Shown here piece by piece: positions 8,011 through 18,338 of a stretch of DNA of 61,854 nt (the stretch's first letter is position 1; each line of letters begins with the position of its first letter). The notes under the pieces were generated by a model, which saw nothing but the letters and a program-made list of their open reading frames with translations, was not told where the DNA came from and made no database searches. Source of the DNA: a virus (lineage: Duplodnaviria > Caudoviricetes); IMG/VR virus record IMGVR_UViG_3300031277_000002, positions 1 through 61,854 of that record; one strand, written 5' to 3'. The translations under genes were made by a program, and so were the position numbers.

Positions 8011-10090
8011 AAAAATAATTTTAAAAAATTTTCAATCATTTAAAGAATCTGATGTTGAATTATCAGGAATGAATGTGATTTCTATAGTTGGAAAATATAA
8101 AGGGGAAGAAAGAAGAAGTAATGGATCAGGAAAGAGTACTGTTTTAGACGCTATTTCTTATTCTTTATATGGAAAATCGAGAACAAAAAGAGAAGATGAT
8201 CTTATTAGAGAAAATCAGGATAACATGGAGGTTGAATTATTTATAGAATTAAACAAAAATGAAAAAATGAGAATTGTTAGAGGCAAATTAAAAAACAAAG
8301 GTTATCTTAATTTGTTCATAAATGATATAGATAAAACTTCTGGAAAAATCGAAACTCAAAAAATAATAGAGAACAAAATAGGAATGGATTTTGATTTATT
8401 TGCTGCCACGGTTTTTTTTCAGCAACATGAGTCTGATCAGTTTTCCGGGTCTACACCAACAGAAAGAAAAAATTATTTAAAAAAATTATTAAATCTTTCA
8501 ATTTATGATAAGGCTTATAGAAAAAACTCAGAAGAGATGAAAAAAATTGATGAAGAAATTTCAAAAATAAAAGGTACTATTGATTATTTAAAAGACCAAG
8601 TAGAAAAAATAAATATTAAAGATATCAGTAATCAACTTCTTATTCTTAAAAAAGAATATGATGAATCAATAGGATTTATTAAAAAATTAAATATAAAAAA
8701 AGAAAAGATTCAAAAAGAAAACCAGGAAAGGGTCCAGGTATACGAAAAATATAAAGAAACTAAAGAATCTGTTGAAGAGATTATTGATGAAATTGAAGAT
8801 ATAGATAATGATATAGATAGTTATGATTCGTCTCTTAAAGAATCAGAAGGCGCGTTAAAAATAATTAAAATTTCTTTGGCGACTTACAGCGAAATAGATG
8901 AAAATCAATTAGAGAAAATAAAACTATCAGGTGAAGAAAATAAAATTAAAATTGGAAAATTAGAATCTTGTATAGATAATAATAAAAAAGAAATAAATAA
9001 ACTAAATAAACAAAAAGAAGATATTGCTAATGAAGCAATATGTTCCAGGTGTAATACTAAACTTTCTTTTGAAAAAAAGAAGGAATTTTCAGATGAAAAA
9101 GACAAAGAAATAAGTAAACTAATTTTAGAAAATGATAAAGCGTTGGTGGAGATAAAAAGTATAGAAAAAGTTTTAGAATGTGATAGAGAAAAATATAAAA
9201 AATTAAAAAATCAACTAAATCAAAAAGCAAGCCTTGAAATTGAAGAAAAATCAAAACAAACAGAGATTAAAAGCGTTAAAGAAAATATAAAACAGTTAAA
9301 AACTTCTTTAGAAAAATATAGAGATAAATTATCAAAAAGTGAAGAAAAGTTAAAACAACTAGAAACCAAATTAAAAGATTTTGGAGAAAATAATAATTAT
9401 GAAAAAACAATTAATGATTTAAAAAGACAAATAGAAGATAATGAAAACGACAAAAACACCCTTTTAGGAAAAATAAAAGAACATGAAAGTTTGATTAATA
9501 ATTATGAATCTCAAAAAAAATCATATAAAAACAAAAAATTAAAATATAAAAAATTAAAGTGGGAATATAATTGTCTAAATATTTTGAAAAACGCATTCGG
9601 CAAGAACGGGGTTTCTTCGGATGTAATAAAAGAATCTTTAGAAGAGATATCCAGGGAGGCCAACTTAATACTAAAAGAAATAAATAATGGAGAATATAAA
9701 ATAGTTTTTGAAACAATAAAGGAAAACAAAGATAAAAGTGTATCAGATTCTCTGGATATTTATGTTGAAAATAACCGGGCGTTAAGACTTTATGAGTCTT
9801 ATTCCGGGGGCCAAAAATCAATTATAAATTTTTCAATAAGAATGGCTTTGTCTAAAATTTTAAGTAAATTGAACAATGTAGCATTCGGAATGGTTTGTTT
9901 GGATGAAGTTTTTGGACAACTTGATAGTTTCAATAAAGATAAAATGATTGATGTAATTAATTATTTAAAGCCAACATTTTTCCAAATATTAGTTATATCA
10001 CATTCTGATTTGAAAGAAAGTTTTGAAAATAATTTAGTTATAGAATTTGATAAAAAAAACGGAATAAGTGAGTTTAAGGGGTTTGTATAA
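8000..10090 (+). CDS. sbcC: SbcC/Rad50-family ATPase
   Basis: NGSGKST Walker A, coiled coil with CSRC hook, YSGGQ signature, LDEVF Walker B, ISH. Confidence 0.92.
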   Translation: MKIEKIILKNFQSFKESDVELSGMNVISIVGKYKGEERRSNGSGKSTVLDAISYSLYGKSRTKREDDLIRENQDNMEVELFIELNKNEKMRIVRGKLKNKGYLNLFINDIDKTSGKIETQKIIENKIGMDFDLFAATVFFQQHESDQFSGSTPTERKNYLKKLLNLSIYDKAYRKNSEEMKKIDEEISKIKGTIDYLKDQVEKINIKDISNQLLILKKEYDESIGFIKKLNIKKEKIQKENQERVQVYEKYKETKESVEEIIDEIEDIDNDIDSYDSSLKESEGALKIIKISLATYSEIDENQLEKIKLSGEENKIKIGKLESCIDNNKKEINKLNKQKEDIANEAICSRCNTKLSFEKKKEFSDEKDKEISKLILENDKALVEIKSIEKVLECDREKYKKLKNQLNQKASLEIEEKSKQTEIKSVKENIKQLKTSLEKYRDKLSKSEEKLKQLETKLKDFGENNNYEKTINDLKRQIEDNENDKNTLLGKIKEHESLINNYESQKKSYKNKKLKYKKLKWEYNCLNILKNAFGKNGVSSDVIKESLEEISREANLILKEINNGEYKIVFETIKENKDKSVSDSLDIYVENNRALRLYESYSGGQKSIINFSIRMALSKILSKLNNVAFGMVCLDEVFGQLDSFNKDKMIDVINYLKPTFFQILVISHSDLKESFENNLVIEFDKKNGISEFKGFV

Positions 10091-10716
10091 TGATAAAATA
10101 TATTAAGTATTTTTTTTATATTATTGAACACAAGTTTAATGTAGGAATTGAGTGTTTTAATATGGGTTTATATTGGCATGCATTTACTCATGATTTAAGT
10201 AAATTTTTACCAGATGAATTTTTCCCTTATGCTAATTGGTTTTATAGTGAATATGGATTAAATTGGAAAAAAAATAGTAAACAAAATAGTAAACAAAGTA
10301 TAACTCATCATTTAGATAATAATTCTTTTTTTTTATCAAAATTAGTAAAAAGAAATTGGATAAGAATTTTAAAATTAAACTCTAAACTAGAAAGTGATTT
10401 TAATAAAGCTTGGGAAAAACATAAAAAAAGAAACAAACATCATCCAGGATGCCCAAGTCATTTAATGCTTTCTTTTGGTCAAAAAGAAGATATTCTTAGC
10501 CATAATGGAGGAATTTGCGAAGGAGTAAGGAATATTTTAAATTCTGATAAAGCTATTTTTGATATGTCAGAAAAATATATAAAACAAATGGTATGTGATT
10601 TGAAAGGAATGTCTCGAAAATTTGGCGGTACAGCAAAAGAGTATTATGATAAAAACAAGAATGATTTTAAATTATCAAAACAATCAAGAAAAAAACTAGA
10701 AGAGTTGTTACAGTGA
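10090..10716 (+). CDS. HD-like phage protein (DUF5662-like)
   Basis: HDLSKF..DEF, H...NKHH and MVCD motifs. Confidence 0.6.
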   Translation: MIKYIKYFFYIIEHKFNVGIECFNMGLYWHAFTHDLSKFLPDEFFPYANWFYSEYGLNWKKNSKQNSKQSITHHLDNNSFFLSKLVKRNWIRILKLNSKLESDFNKAWEKHKKRNKHHPGCPSHLMLSFGQKEDILSHNGGICEGVRNILNSDKAIFDMSEKYIKQMVCDLKGMSRKFGGTAKEYYDKNKNDFKLSKQSRKKLEELLQ

Positions 10717-11024
10717 TAGATAAAAAAAGAGATTCTAGGTGGTCAGTTGCAGTAAGAAAAAAATATTTTAAAAGGTGTCCTCATTGTGGAAAATTTCCTG
10801 ATGGTGGAGTTCATCATATAATTTCAAGAAGCAACACAAATACAAGATATGTTTTAGAAAACGGTATTTTAACCTGTTTTAAATTTCATAGAGATTTTGA
10901 AAATATAAACAAAAAAGATAAGTTGATAAAAATGTATATTGGGGAAGAAATTTATAAAAAGCTTAAAGATTTATCAAGAGGAAAGATTTCTTTAGAAGAG
11001 TCTGGATTTACGGAGATAGAATGA
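10713..11024 (+). CDS. Small HNH/NinG-like nuclease
   Basis: CPHCG, HHIISR, N...C..FH. Confidence 0.7.
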   Translation: MIDKKRDSRWSVAVRKKYFKRCPHCGKFPDGGVHHIISRSNTNTRYVLENGILTCFKFHRDFENINKKDKLIKMYIGEEIYKKLKDLSRGKISLEESGFTEIE

Positions 11025-11896
11025 AAAATACAATAAAAATAGAAGATAAGTTAAAATTTGACATATGTATAATAGATGCTATGAATTATTGTTTTAAGTA
11101 TTTTTTTTCATATAAAAACTTATTTGATAAAAAAAATAGATGGACTGGCCTTTATTATGGGTATTTTAATTTATTATTTAGGTTAAAAAAAGAACATCCT
11201 GCAGCAAAGATAATAATAGCCTGGGACAGAACTCCCTCAGTAAGGTTAAAACTTGATGAATTTTACAAAGCAAACAGAGAAGATAAAAAAGATAAAATGG
11301 CTAAAGAAATGATACATCTTAGAGTAATGTTATCTATGTATGGAATAACGCAATTATATGCAAACGGATACGAGGCTGATGATGTTATATGCAAGGTTGT
11401 AAAGGAAAATAAAAATAAAAAAATATTAATATATTCTTCTGATAAAGATTTATTTCAATTGTTAACAGATAATGTTTTTATATCCAGGAAAAAGGGTCCA
11501 AAATTTCCAGAAAGAATTTATTCAAAAGATGAAATAGAAGAGGATTTTAATATAATAATAGAAAATTATACTCTATACAAAGCAATAATTGGAGATATGG
11601 GAGATAATGTTGTTGGAGTTTATGGAATAAATAAAAAAGAAACAAAAAGGTTCGTTGATTTTGTAGATGGTGAAGTTTCCAGAATTTATTCCATAAAAAA
11701 TTTAAATAAATTTAATAAAATAAAAAGAAAAATTATATTAAATTTTGCTCACATAGAAAATAATTACGATTTGGTAAAACTTTATGATGATTTTGAATTT
11801 CAGGAAATAGAAGTAAAAAAAGATTTAAACAGGCTTAAGAAAAAGTTTGAAGATTATGGATTAAAACAAGCTTTAAAAAAATTAGAAAAGGAATAG
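11021..11896 (+). CDS. 5'-3' exonuclease/flap endonuclease (PolI N-terminal/T4 RNase H-like)
   Basis: IDA, YKANR, EADD, SSDKDL.QL, GD.GDN..GV.GI. Confidence 0.9.
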   Translation: MKNTIKIEDKLKFDICIIDAMNYCFKYFFSYKNLFDKKNRWTGLYYGYFNLLFRLKKEHPAAKIIIAWDRTPSVRLKLDEFYKANREDKKDKMAKEMIHLRVMLSMYGITQLYANGYEADDVICKVVKENKNKKILIYSSDKDLFQLLTDNVFISRKKGPKFPERIYSKDEIEEDFNIIIENYTLYKAIIGDMGDNVVGVYGINKKETKRFVDFVDGEVSRIYSIKNLNKFNKIKRKIILNFAHIENNYDLVKLYDDFEFQEIEVKKDLNRLKKKFEDYGLKQALKKLEKE

Positions 11897-11898
11897 CA

Positions 11899-13371
11899 AT
11901 GCCGAAAGACATAAAAATAATTAAGTCTGAAAAAGATAATTATACTGAAGAACAAAGATTAATAATTAATCAAAAATACAAAAGAGGAGATATTATTAGG
12001 GTAAATGCAGGGCCGGGAGTTGGTAAAAGTTTTTCTTTGAAAGAGTTTTCTAAAAAAAGACAAAAAAGAAGAATTTTGTATTTAGCTTTTAACAAGTCAA
12101 TTCAAACGGAGGCTAGTAAAAAATTTCCAAGAAATGTAACGGTTAAAACATCACATTCTTTAGCTTATAAAAAATACGGGTTTAGTTTACAACACAAGTT
12201 ATCTTTTTCAGATTTAAAGCCATTAATGATTTCTAATTATTTTAATATTGGTAATAATTTTAAAGCTATGCTGGCTTATGAACTAGTAAAGGGGTTTATT
12301 CATTCTAAAGATTTTGAAATTAGTATTGATCATTTGCCTGAAAATTTAAAAAGTTTTATTGAAAAAAAGAATATTTCTTCAGAAGAAATTTTTGATTATT
12401 CTGTAAAGTTATGGGATTGCATGATAAACCCAAATAATGAAGATATACAGTGTACTCATGATACGTATTTAAAATTATATCAATTATCAAAACCACGTTT
12501 AGATTATGATTATATATTGATAGATGAATGCCAGGATACAGATTTATGTGTGTTTGATATAATAATGAGACAAGAAAGAGCCGTCAAAGTTTTTGTTGGT
12601 GACGAAAATCAGAGCTTGTACTCGTGGAGAGGCGCAAAAAATTCTATGAATTTTATTCAACCTGATTACGATTTCAATTTAACCAAGTCTTTTAGGTTTA
12701 AGCAAGATATAGCTGATATGGCTAATCAAATAATAAAATTAAAAAACGCAAAAATAAAAATAAAAGGAAATGAAAAAGTAGAAGAAAGTCAATGTAAAAA
12801 TATAGCTTATATAGCAAGAACAAATTCAGGAGTTTTTTCTATGGCTATAGAAACTCCAGGAAAATTGTATTTTGTTGGTGGACTTCAGGGGTATACTTTT
12901 AATAAAATTTTTGATGCTTATTATTTATGGACAAATGAAAAGCACAAAATAAAAAACCCTTTTGTTAAGGAATTTGAAGATTTTTCTGAATATATAGAGT
13001 ACGGAGAAGAGGTTATGGACGTAGAAGTAATGTCAACCTCAAGGTTAATAAGAAATTACGGAAGAAGGCTTCCTGGATTGCTGTTTGATATAAAAAATAG
13101 AACAACTAAAAAAGAAAAAGAAGCTGATTTGATTTTAACTACCGCTCATAAAGCAAAAGGGTCAGAGTGGGACCAAGTATTAATTGCAGAAGATTATTAT
13201 CCTATTTTTGATGAATCGGGAGAAGAGTTAAATCAAGATTTAATAAAAAATCATGAAGAAATAAATTTGTTTTATGTAACAATAACCAGGGCAAAAACAG
13301 ATATTTCTTTAAATAAAGAATTATTTAAATTTTTTAATATATTTAATAAAAAAAAGGAGTGTTTAATATGA
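11899..13371 (+). CDS. UvrD/Rep-like SF1 helicase
   Basis: AGPGVGKS, LAFN, DECQD, VGD.NQSLY, SFRF, TAHKAKGSEW, YVTITRA. Confidence 0.9.
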   Translation: MPKDIKIIKSEKDNYTEEQRLIINQKYKRGDIIRVNAGPGVGKSFSLKEFSKKRQKRRILYLAFNKSIQTEASKKFPRNVTVKTSHSLAYKKYGFSLQHKLSFSDLKPLMISNYFNIGNNFKAMLAYELVKGFIHSKDFEISIDHLPENLKSFIEKKNISSEEIFDYSVKLWDCMINPNNEDIQCTHDTYLKLYQLSKPRLDYDYILIDECQDTDLCVFDIIMRQERAVKVFVGDENQSLYSWRGAKNSMNFIQPDYDFNLTKSFRFKQDIADMANQIIKLKNAKIKIKGNEKVEESQCKNIAYIARTNSGVFSMAIETPGKLYFVGGLQGYTFNKIFDAYYLWTNEKHKIKNPFVKEFEDFSEYIEYGEEVMDVEVMSTSRLIRNYGRRLPGLLFDIKNRTTKKEKEADLILTTAHKAKGSEWDQVLIAEDYYPIFDESGEELNQDLIKNHEEINLFYVTITRAKTDISLNKELFKFFNIFNKKKECLI

Positions 13372-13802
13372 TTATTTTTCCAAAAGATTTTAGTTCGGAA
13401 GAAGGAAGAAAAAAAGTTGATATTATGAAAATAATAGCTACAGCAAAGGGTATTCCAGTAGAAACTATTGAAAAAGATAGGAATCAGCATTTAAATTTTA
13501 AGGATGGAAGTCCGTTTTATTTAGCTGCTTCCATGCTTTTAGAAAACTTTGATATTAGTTATAAAAAAATGGAAAAAGCTGAAGATAAGCAAGAGGGAAG
13601 CGACACAGAAGATTTGGTAAAAAGTTTGTCTCATTTGTGTGATACGTGTAAAAATGATCCTAAAGAGTGTTGCTCTGAAACCAGAAGTGTTGCTTCAGGT
13701 GTTATACCGGAAATAACAGAAAAATATAAGGATTATGTTGTTGAGTGTGAAGATTATTCAAAAAAATCAAAAAGAGGTAGGAAAAAGAATGGATCAAAAT
13801 AA
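13359..13802 (+). CDS. Hypothetical protein with C-terminal Cys cluster
   Basis: HLCDTC...C...C. Confidence 0.55.
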   Translation: MFNMIIFPKDFSSEEGRKKVDIMKIIATAKGIPVETIEKDRNQHLNFKDGSPFYLAASMLLENFDISYKKMEKAEDKQEGSDTEDLVKSLSHLCDTCKNDPKECCSETRSVASGVIPEITEKYKDYVVECEDYSKKSKRGRKKNGSK

Positions 13803-14019
13803 TTATCCAGGGGTAGGAGAATTTTGTAGAGTTTGTGGGAAAATAATAACCCAAGAGGATTGTGAAGAACATAAAAATAATAGACCGATGAAGATGTTTC
13901 CTATTCCTGGATACATTCATAGAAAATGTAAAATACAAACAGAAAGTAATTTAATTAACAATTCTTTTAATCATGAAAGTTTAAACGATCAGGTAAATAG
14001 GATAAAAAATGAAAGATGA
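13789..14019 (+). CDS. Hypothetical Zn-finger-like protein
   Basis: ATG with GAGG RBS overlapping the previous stop; CRVC...H..C. Confidence 0.5.
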   Translation: MDQNNYPGVGEFCRVCGKIITQEDCEEHKNNRPMKMFPIPGYIHRKCKIQTESNLINNSFNHESLNDQVNRIKNER

Positions 14020-14269
14020 TTTGAAAAAATTAAAAGAAATATTATCATCTAAAATTATATATGCCATAGATAAAACAGAAGATAACAAAAAGTATAATTT
14101 TATAATTTTATTTATTAATCCAGAGAAAAGGGTTCCGGGTCATATAGTTTTAGAAGTTGACAAAAACGACAAAGTGTTTAAAAAAGAATTTAAAAAAATA
14201 TTAATAAAAAAATTTAATACAATAAAAAAAGGATATAACAATTGGAAAAAAATTATTAAAAGTTATTAA
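14009..14269 (+). CDS. Hypothetical protein
   Basis: Coupled ORF with AGGA RBS. Confidence 0.5.
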   Translation: MKDDLKKLKEILSSKIIYAIDKTEDNKKYNFIILFINPEKRVPGHIVLEVDKNDKVFKKEFKKILIKKFNTIKKGYNNWKKIIKSY

Positions 14270-14273
14270 AAAT

Positions 14274-14304
14274 TGTTTATTTTGTATATTTTTTGTCGTA
14301 TATT
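14274..14304 (+). promoter_or_regulatory. Class A promoter
   Basis: TGTTTA-16-TCGTATATT. Confidence 0.75.
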
Positions 14305-14322
14305 TAAAATAAAGGATAAAAA

Positions 14323-14469
14323 ATGGAATTTTATTGTAAAAAATGCAAAAAGTCTTTTAAGAAAAAAGTTAAAAATTATTTAAATTACAACTGCCCTTTT
14401 TGCGGGTCAATAAGTCCAAAGAAAAATTTTTCTATTTTTTTTAAAAATTTACCTACTATTAAAAATTGA
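14323..14469 (+). CDS. 48-aa Zn-ribbon protein (not in ORF track)
   Basis: MEFYCKKC...CPFCGS; AAGGA RBS after a class A promoter. Confidence 0.65.
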   Translation: MEFYCKKCKKSFKKKVKNYLNYNCPFCGSISPKKNFSIFFKNLPTIKN

Positions 14470-14484
14470 CCAATGGAATAAAAA

Positions 14485-14976
14485 ATGCCATATACTTTAG
14501 ATTTTAAAAATAAAAATGAGTTAAATGTTTTGTTTGATTCGTTAAAAAATATAAAAGATAACAAAACTATAAATATAATAAAAAAAAGAATAGAAAAAAG
14601 AATAAACAGAAAAAAAATAAAATCATCCAGTGCAAAAAATAAAGGTAGGAATTTACAATATTATATTTGTGAAAAAATATCAGAAATTTTTAATATAAAA
14701 TTTGATCAAAATAATGATCAGTGTGATATAAGATCCAGGGAAGGAGGTCAACACGGAACAGATATTATATTAAGGGGAGAAGTTTATAAAAAATTTCCAT
14801 TTGATATAGAGTGTAAAAATAACGAATCACCATCTGTTAAAAGTTGGATTTCTCAGGCTAAAAAAAATAACAAAAACAAAAACAGACATTGGTTATTATT
14901 CTGGAAATGTAAAAAATTTAAACGACCTGTTGTTATAATGGATAGTGATATTTTTTTTAATTTTTTTAAGGATTAA
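14485..14976 (+). CDS. Holliday junction resolvase (PD-(D/E)xK)
   Basis: SAKNKGR..Q, GTDI, IECKN motifs. Confidence 0.75.
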   Translation: MPYTLDFKNKNELNVLFDSLKNIKDNKTINIIKKRIEKRINRKKIKSSSAKNKGRNLQYYICEKISEIFNIKFDQNNDQCDIRSREGGQHGTDIILRGEVYKKFPFDIECKNNESPSVKSWISQAKKNNKNKNRHWLLFWKCKKFKRPVVIMDSDIFFNFFKD

Positions 14977-15499
14977 CTATTTGAATATAAAAGAAATAAA
15001 AAAAACAAATAAATTTAACAAAAAACAAATAAATTATTTAGAAAAAAACAAATTAGTCATAGTAAAAGAAAAAGATTATAATAAGTTTAAATCTATTAAT
15101 TATAAAAGGCCTATCCAAATTATTTCAGAAAAAATATGTTCTTTCATATATTCAGAGATGGAAGAAAAATTGAAAGTATACAAAAAAGAAGAAGTAGAAA
15201 ATTTATTAGAAAAGACGAAAAAAGAAATAATTTATTACATAGAGTCTTTTATGGATATGGTTTATGTTTACGATCCACAAATAAAAAAATCTAAATTAAG
15301 TAGAAAAGAAGATAGAAGAAAAATATTAGAAAGGGTAAAAAGATATAAAATATGGGAAGTATTTTACGAACATCACGGTAAAAAAATAATATCTGAATCT
15401 GATTTGGTTTTAAACAAACTAAAAGCTAGAAAAATAATTAAAGACCTTTCAGAAAAAAACAAGAAAGATTATAAAATTATGGAAAGAAAAATAATATAA
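14945..15499 (+). CDS. Hypothetical protein (start uncertain)
   Basis: Long ORF directly before the terminase. Confidence 0.5.
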   Translation: MIFFLIFLRINYLNIKEIKKTNKFNKKQINYLEKNKLVIVKEKDYNKFKSINYKRPIQIISEKICSFIYSEMEEKLKVYKKEEVENLLEKTKKEIIYYIESFMDMVYVYDPQIKKSKLSRKEDRRKILERVKRYKIWEVFYEHHGKKIISESDLVLNKLKARKIIKDLSEKNKKDYKIMERKII

Positions 15500-15502
15500 T
15501 TA

Positions 15503-17878
15503 ATGGATTTAGATAAATTTACTGGGAACATAATAGATTTAATTCAATCTGATGATGATATAATCAAAAAAGAATCTCAAGACATATTCTTTTCAATGAA
15601 AAACAGAATAAAGGATTTCATAGAATTTTCTAAAGGATCTGGAGATATGAAAACCTTTGTTGAAGAAAATCGGGTAATTTATGGCAGAAATTTTTCATAT
15701 GAAGATGCAAAAATAAGCATGATGCTTGGGGATGAAGATAAAAAAAATTTAAAATTAAACAAAGATAGCCAATTAGTTAAGGCTCCTAGAATATATTTAA
15801 ACCAATATCAAAATGACAAAACAAAAGACAAATCTACGATTAAATGTAGGCAATGTCTTCCTGGATTCACGTTTGTTATCGTTATTAACGATAGACAAGA
15901 AAGGGAATTTAAAACAATCAAATCCTTGTATTTAAAGAATTATAGAGGAAAAATTCTTTATAATAAAGATGGAGAATATGCAGTTGCGAGAGTTTTAGAT
16001 GTTTGGAATTCTGGAAAAAAAGATATATTAGAGATAGAAACGGTTACTGGACAAAAATTAAAATGCTCTACTTTACATAAAGTGTGGCTACCTCAAAAAA
16101 AAATGTTTATTTGTGCCAACCTTTTAAAAAATGATGATTTTTTAAATGTATATTATGAAAAAAATAGCATAAACAGTAAAATTAAAAAAATTAAAAAATC
16201 TAAAAAAGAAAATACTTATGATTTGTCAATATCAGATAAAGATTATCATAATTTTTATGCGAATGGAATTTTAGTTAGCAATTCAGAAATGACAGAAAAT
16301 GAAATAAATGAAAATATTTATTTGTCAGTATCAAGGCCATATACAAATGTTAGGCACATTTTTCCAACTTCAGGAATGGCTCAAAAAATATCAAAAGAGA
16401 AAATAAGCGTAGCTATAGAAAAATCTCCAAATTTAGCAATTCATCTAAAGAGGCCTTATAACTTATTAAGTAAGGCTTTCAAAAATGGGAGTTTTTACAC
16501 AATTGATTCTTCGTGGACAGATTATCAAGGAAGGGGTCCAAGCTCAGATAAATTAACTTTTGATGAATATGAAAGTCAAAATCCTCAAATAGAGGATATT
16601 TTTTCTGAGTCAACTTCTCATAGTGAATTAGGTAAAAAAACTAGAATATCAACTCCTGTTTTTCCGAATTCTGGCATTGACCTTATGTTTCAAAAAGGGT
16701 GTGGATATACTTGGCATATTACTTGCCCTAACCCAAAATGTAAAAAAGAACAAATTTTAGAATTTCCTGATAATATAATTAATTTTTTTGAAATAGGTGG
16801 AGGTATAAGTACAGTAAGTGAAAATTATTTAAAAAAATTAAATAAAGTTTATCTCGGTTGTAAATTTTGTGGAGCATATATAGATAGAACAACGCAGGTT
16901 TATATAAAAAATTCAAGATGGATACCAGAAAGACCTCATTTGATTCACGATAGAGCTTCTTATAGAATAACTTATATGATGTTACCATGGAAAACAGGAA
17001 AAGAAATATTGTATAAGTACCACACTTTTAGATTTGTTCATCAGTTTTGGAATGAAATAATGGGATATGCTTATTTGGATAAAGAATCTCAAATAACAAG
17101 AGAAATATTTGAACAATGTATTGACCCGAGTTTTGTCAATACATACCAAAGACTCGGAAATGCAAAAAACGTAAGTGTTGGGATAGATTGGGGTACAGTT
17201 TCATGGGTAACAGTTGTGGCAAACAATTTTCTTCCCGAGCAAAAAAATCCAAAAGTGATATATGTGGAAAAAATAGATGATGAAAGTTTGAAAAAAAATG
17301 GATATTCCGCTGCTCAACAAACAGATCATGCAAAAAGAGTATGTGACATAATAAAATTTTTTAAGGCCAGGATTGTTGTTAATGATGCAAACGGAATAGG
17401 GGTTGATAGGAATTCTTATTTGGTTAGAAAATTTCCTACTAGAGCTTATGGATGTTTTTACGATACAGACGAAAGAAAAAAACAAAAGGCAAAAAAGAAT
17501 TTAATTAAACCAATGTGGAACGAAGGACAAAAAACAGTAACTGTTTCACGGGTTGGGTCCTTTAAAAATTTACTTCAGAGATTTGAAGAAAAACAGTTGA
17601 AAATACCAAAGCTTGATCCATCTGTAGAAGAGTTTATTCAACATTTGGCAAATCTTGTTGTTGAAAGATATGAGGACGAAAACACTGGAGCTTTATATGA
17701 AGTGATAGGGAAAACCGGACCAGATCACCTGGGTCACTCAACAAATTATGCATTAATTGGGTTTGAGAAGATAGTCAACATTGATAGAGAAAATTCAGGG
17801 TCCGGAATAATAACAAATCCAAATAAAATAAATGAAGATATTTTAAAGCAATTAAAAAAAGTACAACAACCTTATTAA
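15503..17878 (+). CDS. terL: Terminase large subunit containing a mini-intein
   Basis: KCRQ^SEMTE Walker A-like motif split by the intein; Walker B TFDEYE, ISTP, Zn CPNPKC/CKFC; nuclease GIDWG and C-terminal PDH. Confidence 0.88.
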   Translation: MDLDKFTGNIIDLIQSDDDIIKKESQDIFFSMKNRIKDFIEFSKGSGDMKTFVEENRVIYGRNFSYEDAKISMMLGDEDKKNLKLNKDSQLVKAPRIYLNQYQNDKTKDKSTIKCRQCLPGFTFVIVINDRQEREFKTIKSLYLKNYRGKILYNKDGEYAVARVLDVWNSGKKDILEIETVTGQKLKCSTLHKVWLPQKKMFICANLLKNDDFLNVYYEKNSINSKIKKIKKSKKENTYDLSISDKDYHNFYANGILVSNSEMTENEINENIYLSVSRPYTNVRHIFPTSGMAQKISKEKISVAIEKSPNLAIHLKRPYNLLSKAFKNGSFYTIDSSWTDYQGRGPSSDKLTFDEYESQNPQIEDIFSESTSHSELGKKTRISTPVFPNSGIDLMFQKGCGYTWHITCPNPKCKKEQILEFPDNIINFFEIGGGISTVSENYLKKLNKVYLGCKFCGAYIDRTTQVYIKNSRWIPERPHLIHDRASYRITYMMLPWKTGKEILYKYHTFRFVHQFWNEIMGYAYLDKESQITREIFEQCIDPSFVNTYQRLGNAKNVSVGIDWGTVSWVTVVANNFLPEQKNPKVIYVEKIDDESLKKNGYSAAQQTDHAKRVCDIIKFFKARIVVNDANGIGVDRNSYLVRKFPTRAYGCFYDTDERKKQKAKKNLIKPMWNEGQKTVTVSRVGSFKNLLQRFEEKQLKIPKLDPSVEEFIQHLANLVVERYEDENTGALYEVIGKTGPDHLGHSTNYALIGFEKIVNIDRENSGSGIITNPNKINEDILKQLKKVQQPY
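15854..16282 (+). mobile_element. Mini-intein (143 aa, no homing endonuclease) in terL
   Basis: Starts CLPGFT; block B CSTLHKV; block F TYDLSI...HNFYANG; ends ILVSN followed by Ser+1. Confidence 0.88.
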
Positions 17879-17882
17879 AAGT

Positions 17883-17913
17883 TGTTAAAAATAAACAAAA
17901 TAAATCGTATATT
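17883..17913 (+). promoter_or_regulatory. Class A promoter
   Basis: TGTTAA-16-TCGTATATT. Confidence 0.7.
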
Positions 17914-17999
17914 TAAATAAGAATTAAACTTAAGCAAAGAAGATATTAAAAAATATTGGAAATCGAACACAAAATTGTTAAAAAATGATATTAGATTGA

Positions 18000-18338
18000 T
18001 TGATTGGAGCAAAGATGAAAATTAAAATACCCGAAAATTTTAATGAAATAACAATTAATGAAGATGTTATCAAATATTGGATAAATCGTTCAAAAAACGC
18101 TAAATATTTGTTTATCGGTTACTTTCTTTTTGGTTGGAAAATTAAATTTAATAAAAATTTAGATAAAGAGTACCTGAGAGAAGTTAAAAGATTTTTTTAT
18201 TTTTGGCTAAACTGCTATACGTTATCATTAGAAGAAAAAAGTAATTTATGTAGTTATATTTTAAGTTTTATAGTTTTGCCAGGGAAGATAAATAAAAGAA
18301 TTTTTAATAAAATAAAAGGAATTGTTGATGATAATTAA
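18000..18338 (+). CDS. Hypothetical protein
   Basis: ORF; probable start is the ATG at 18015 after GGAG. Confidence 0.5.
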   Translation: MIGAKMKIKIPENFNEITINEDVIKYWINRSKNAKYLFIGYFLFGWKIKFNKNLDKEYLREVKRFFYFWLNCYTLSLEEKSNLCSYILSFIVLPGKINKRIFNKIKGIVDDN

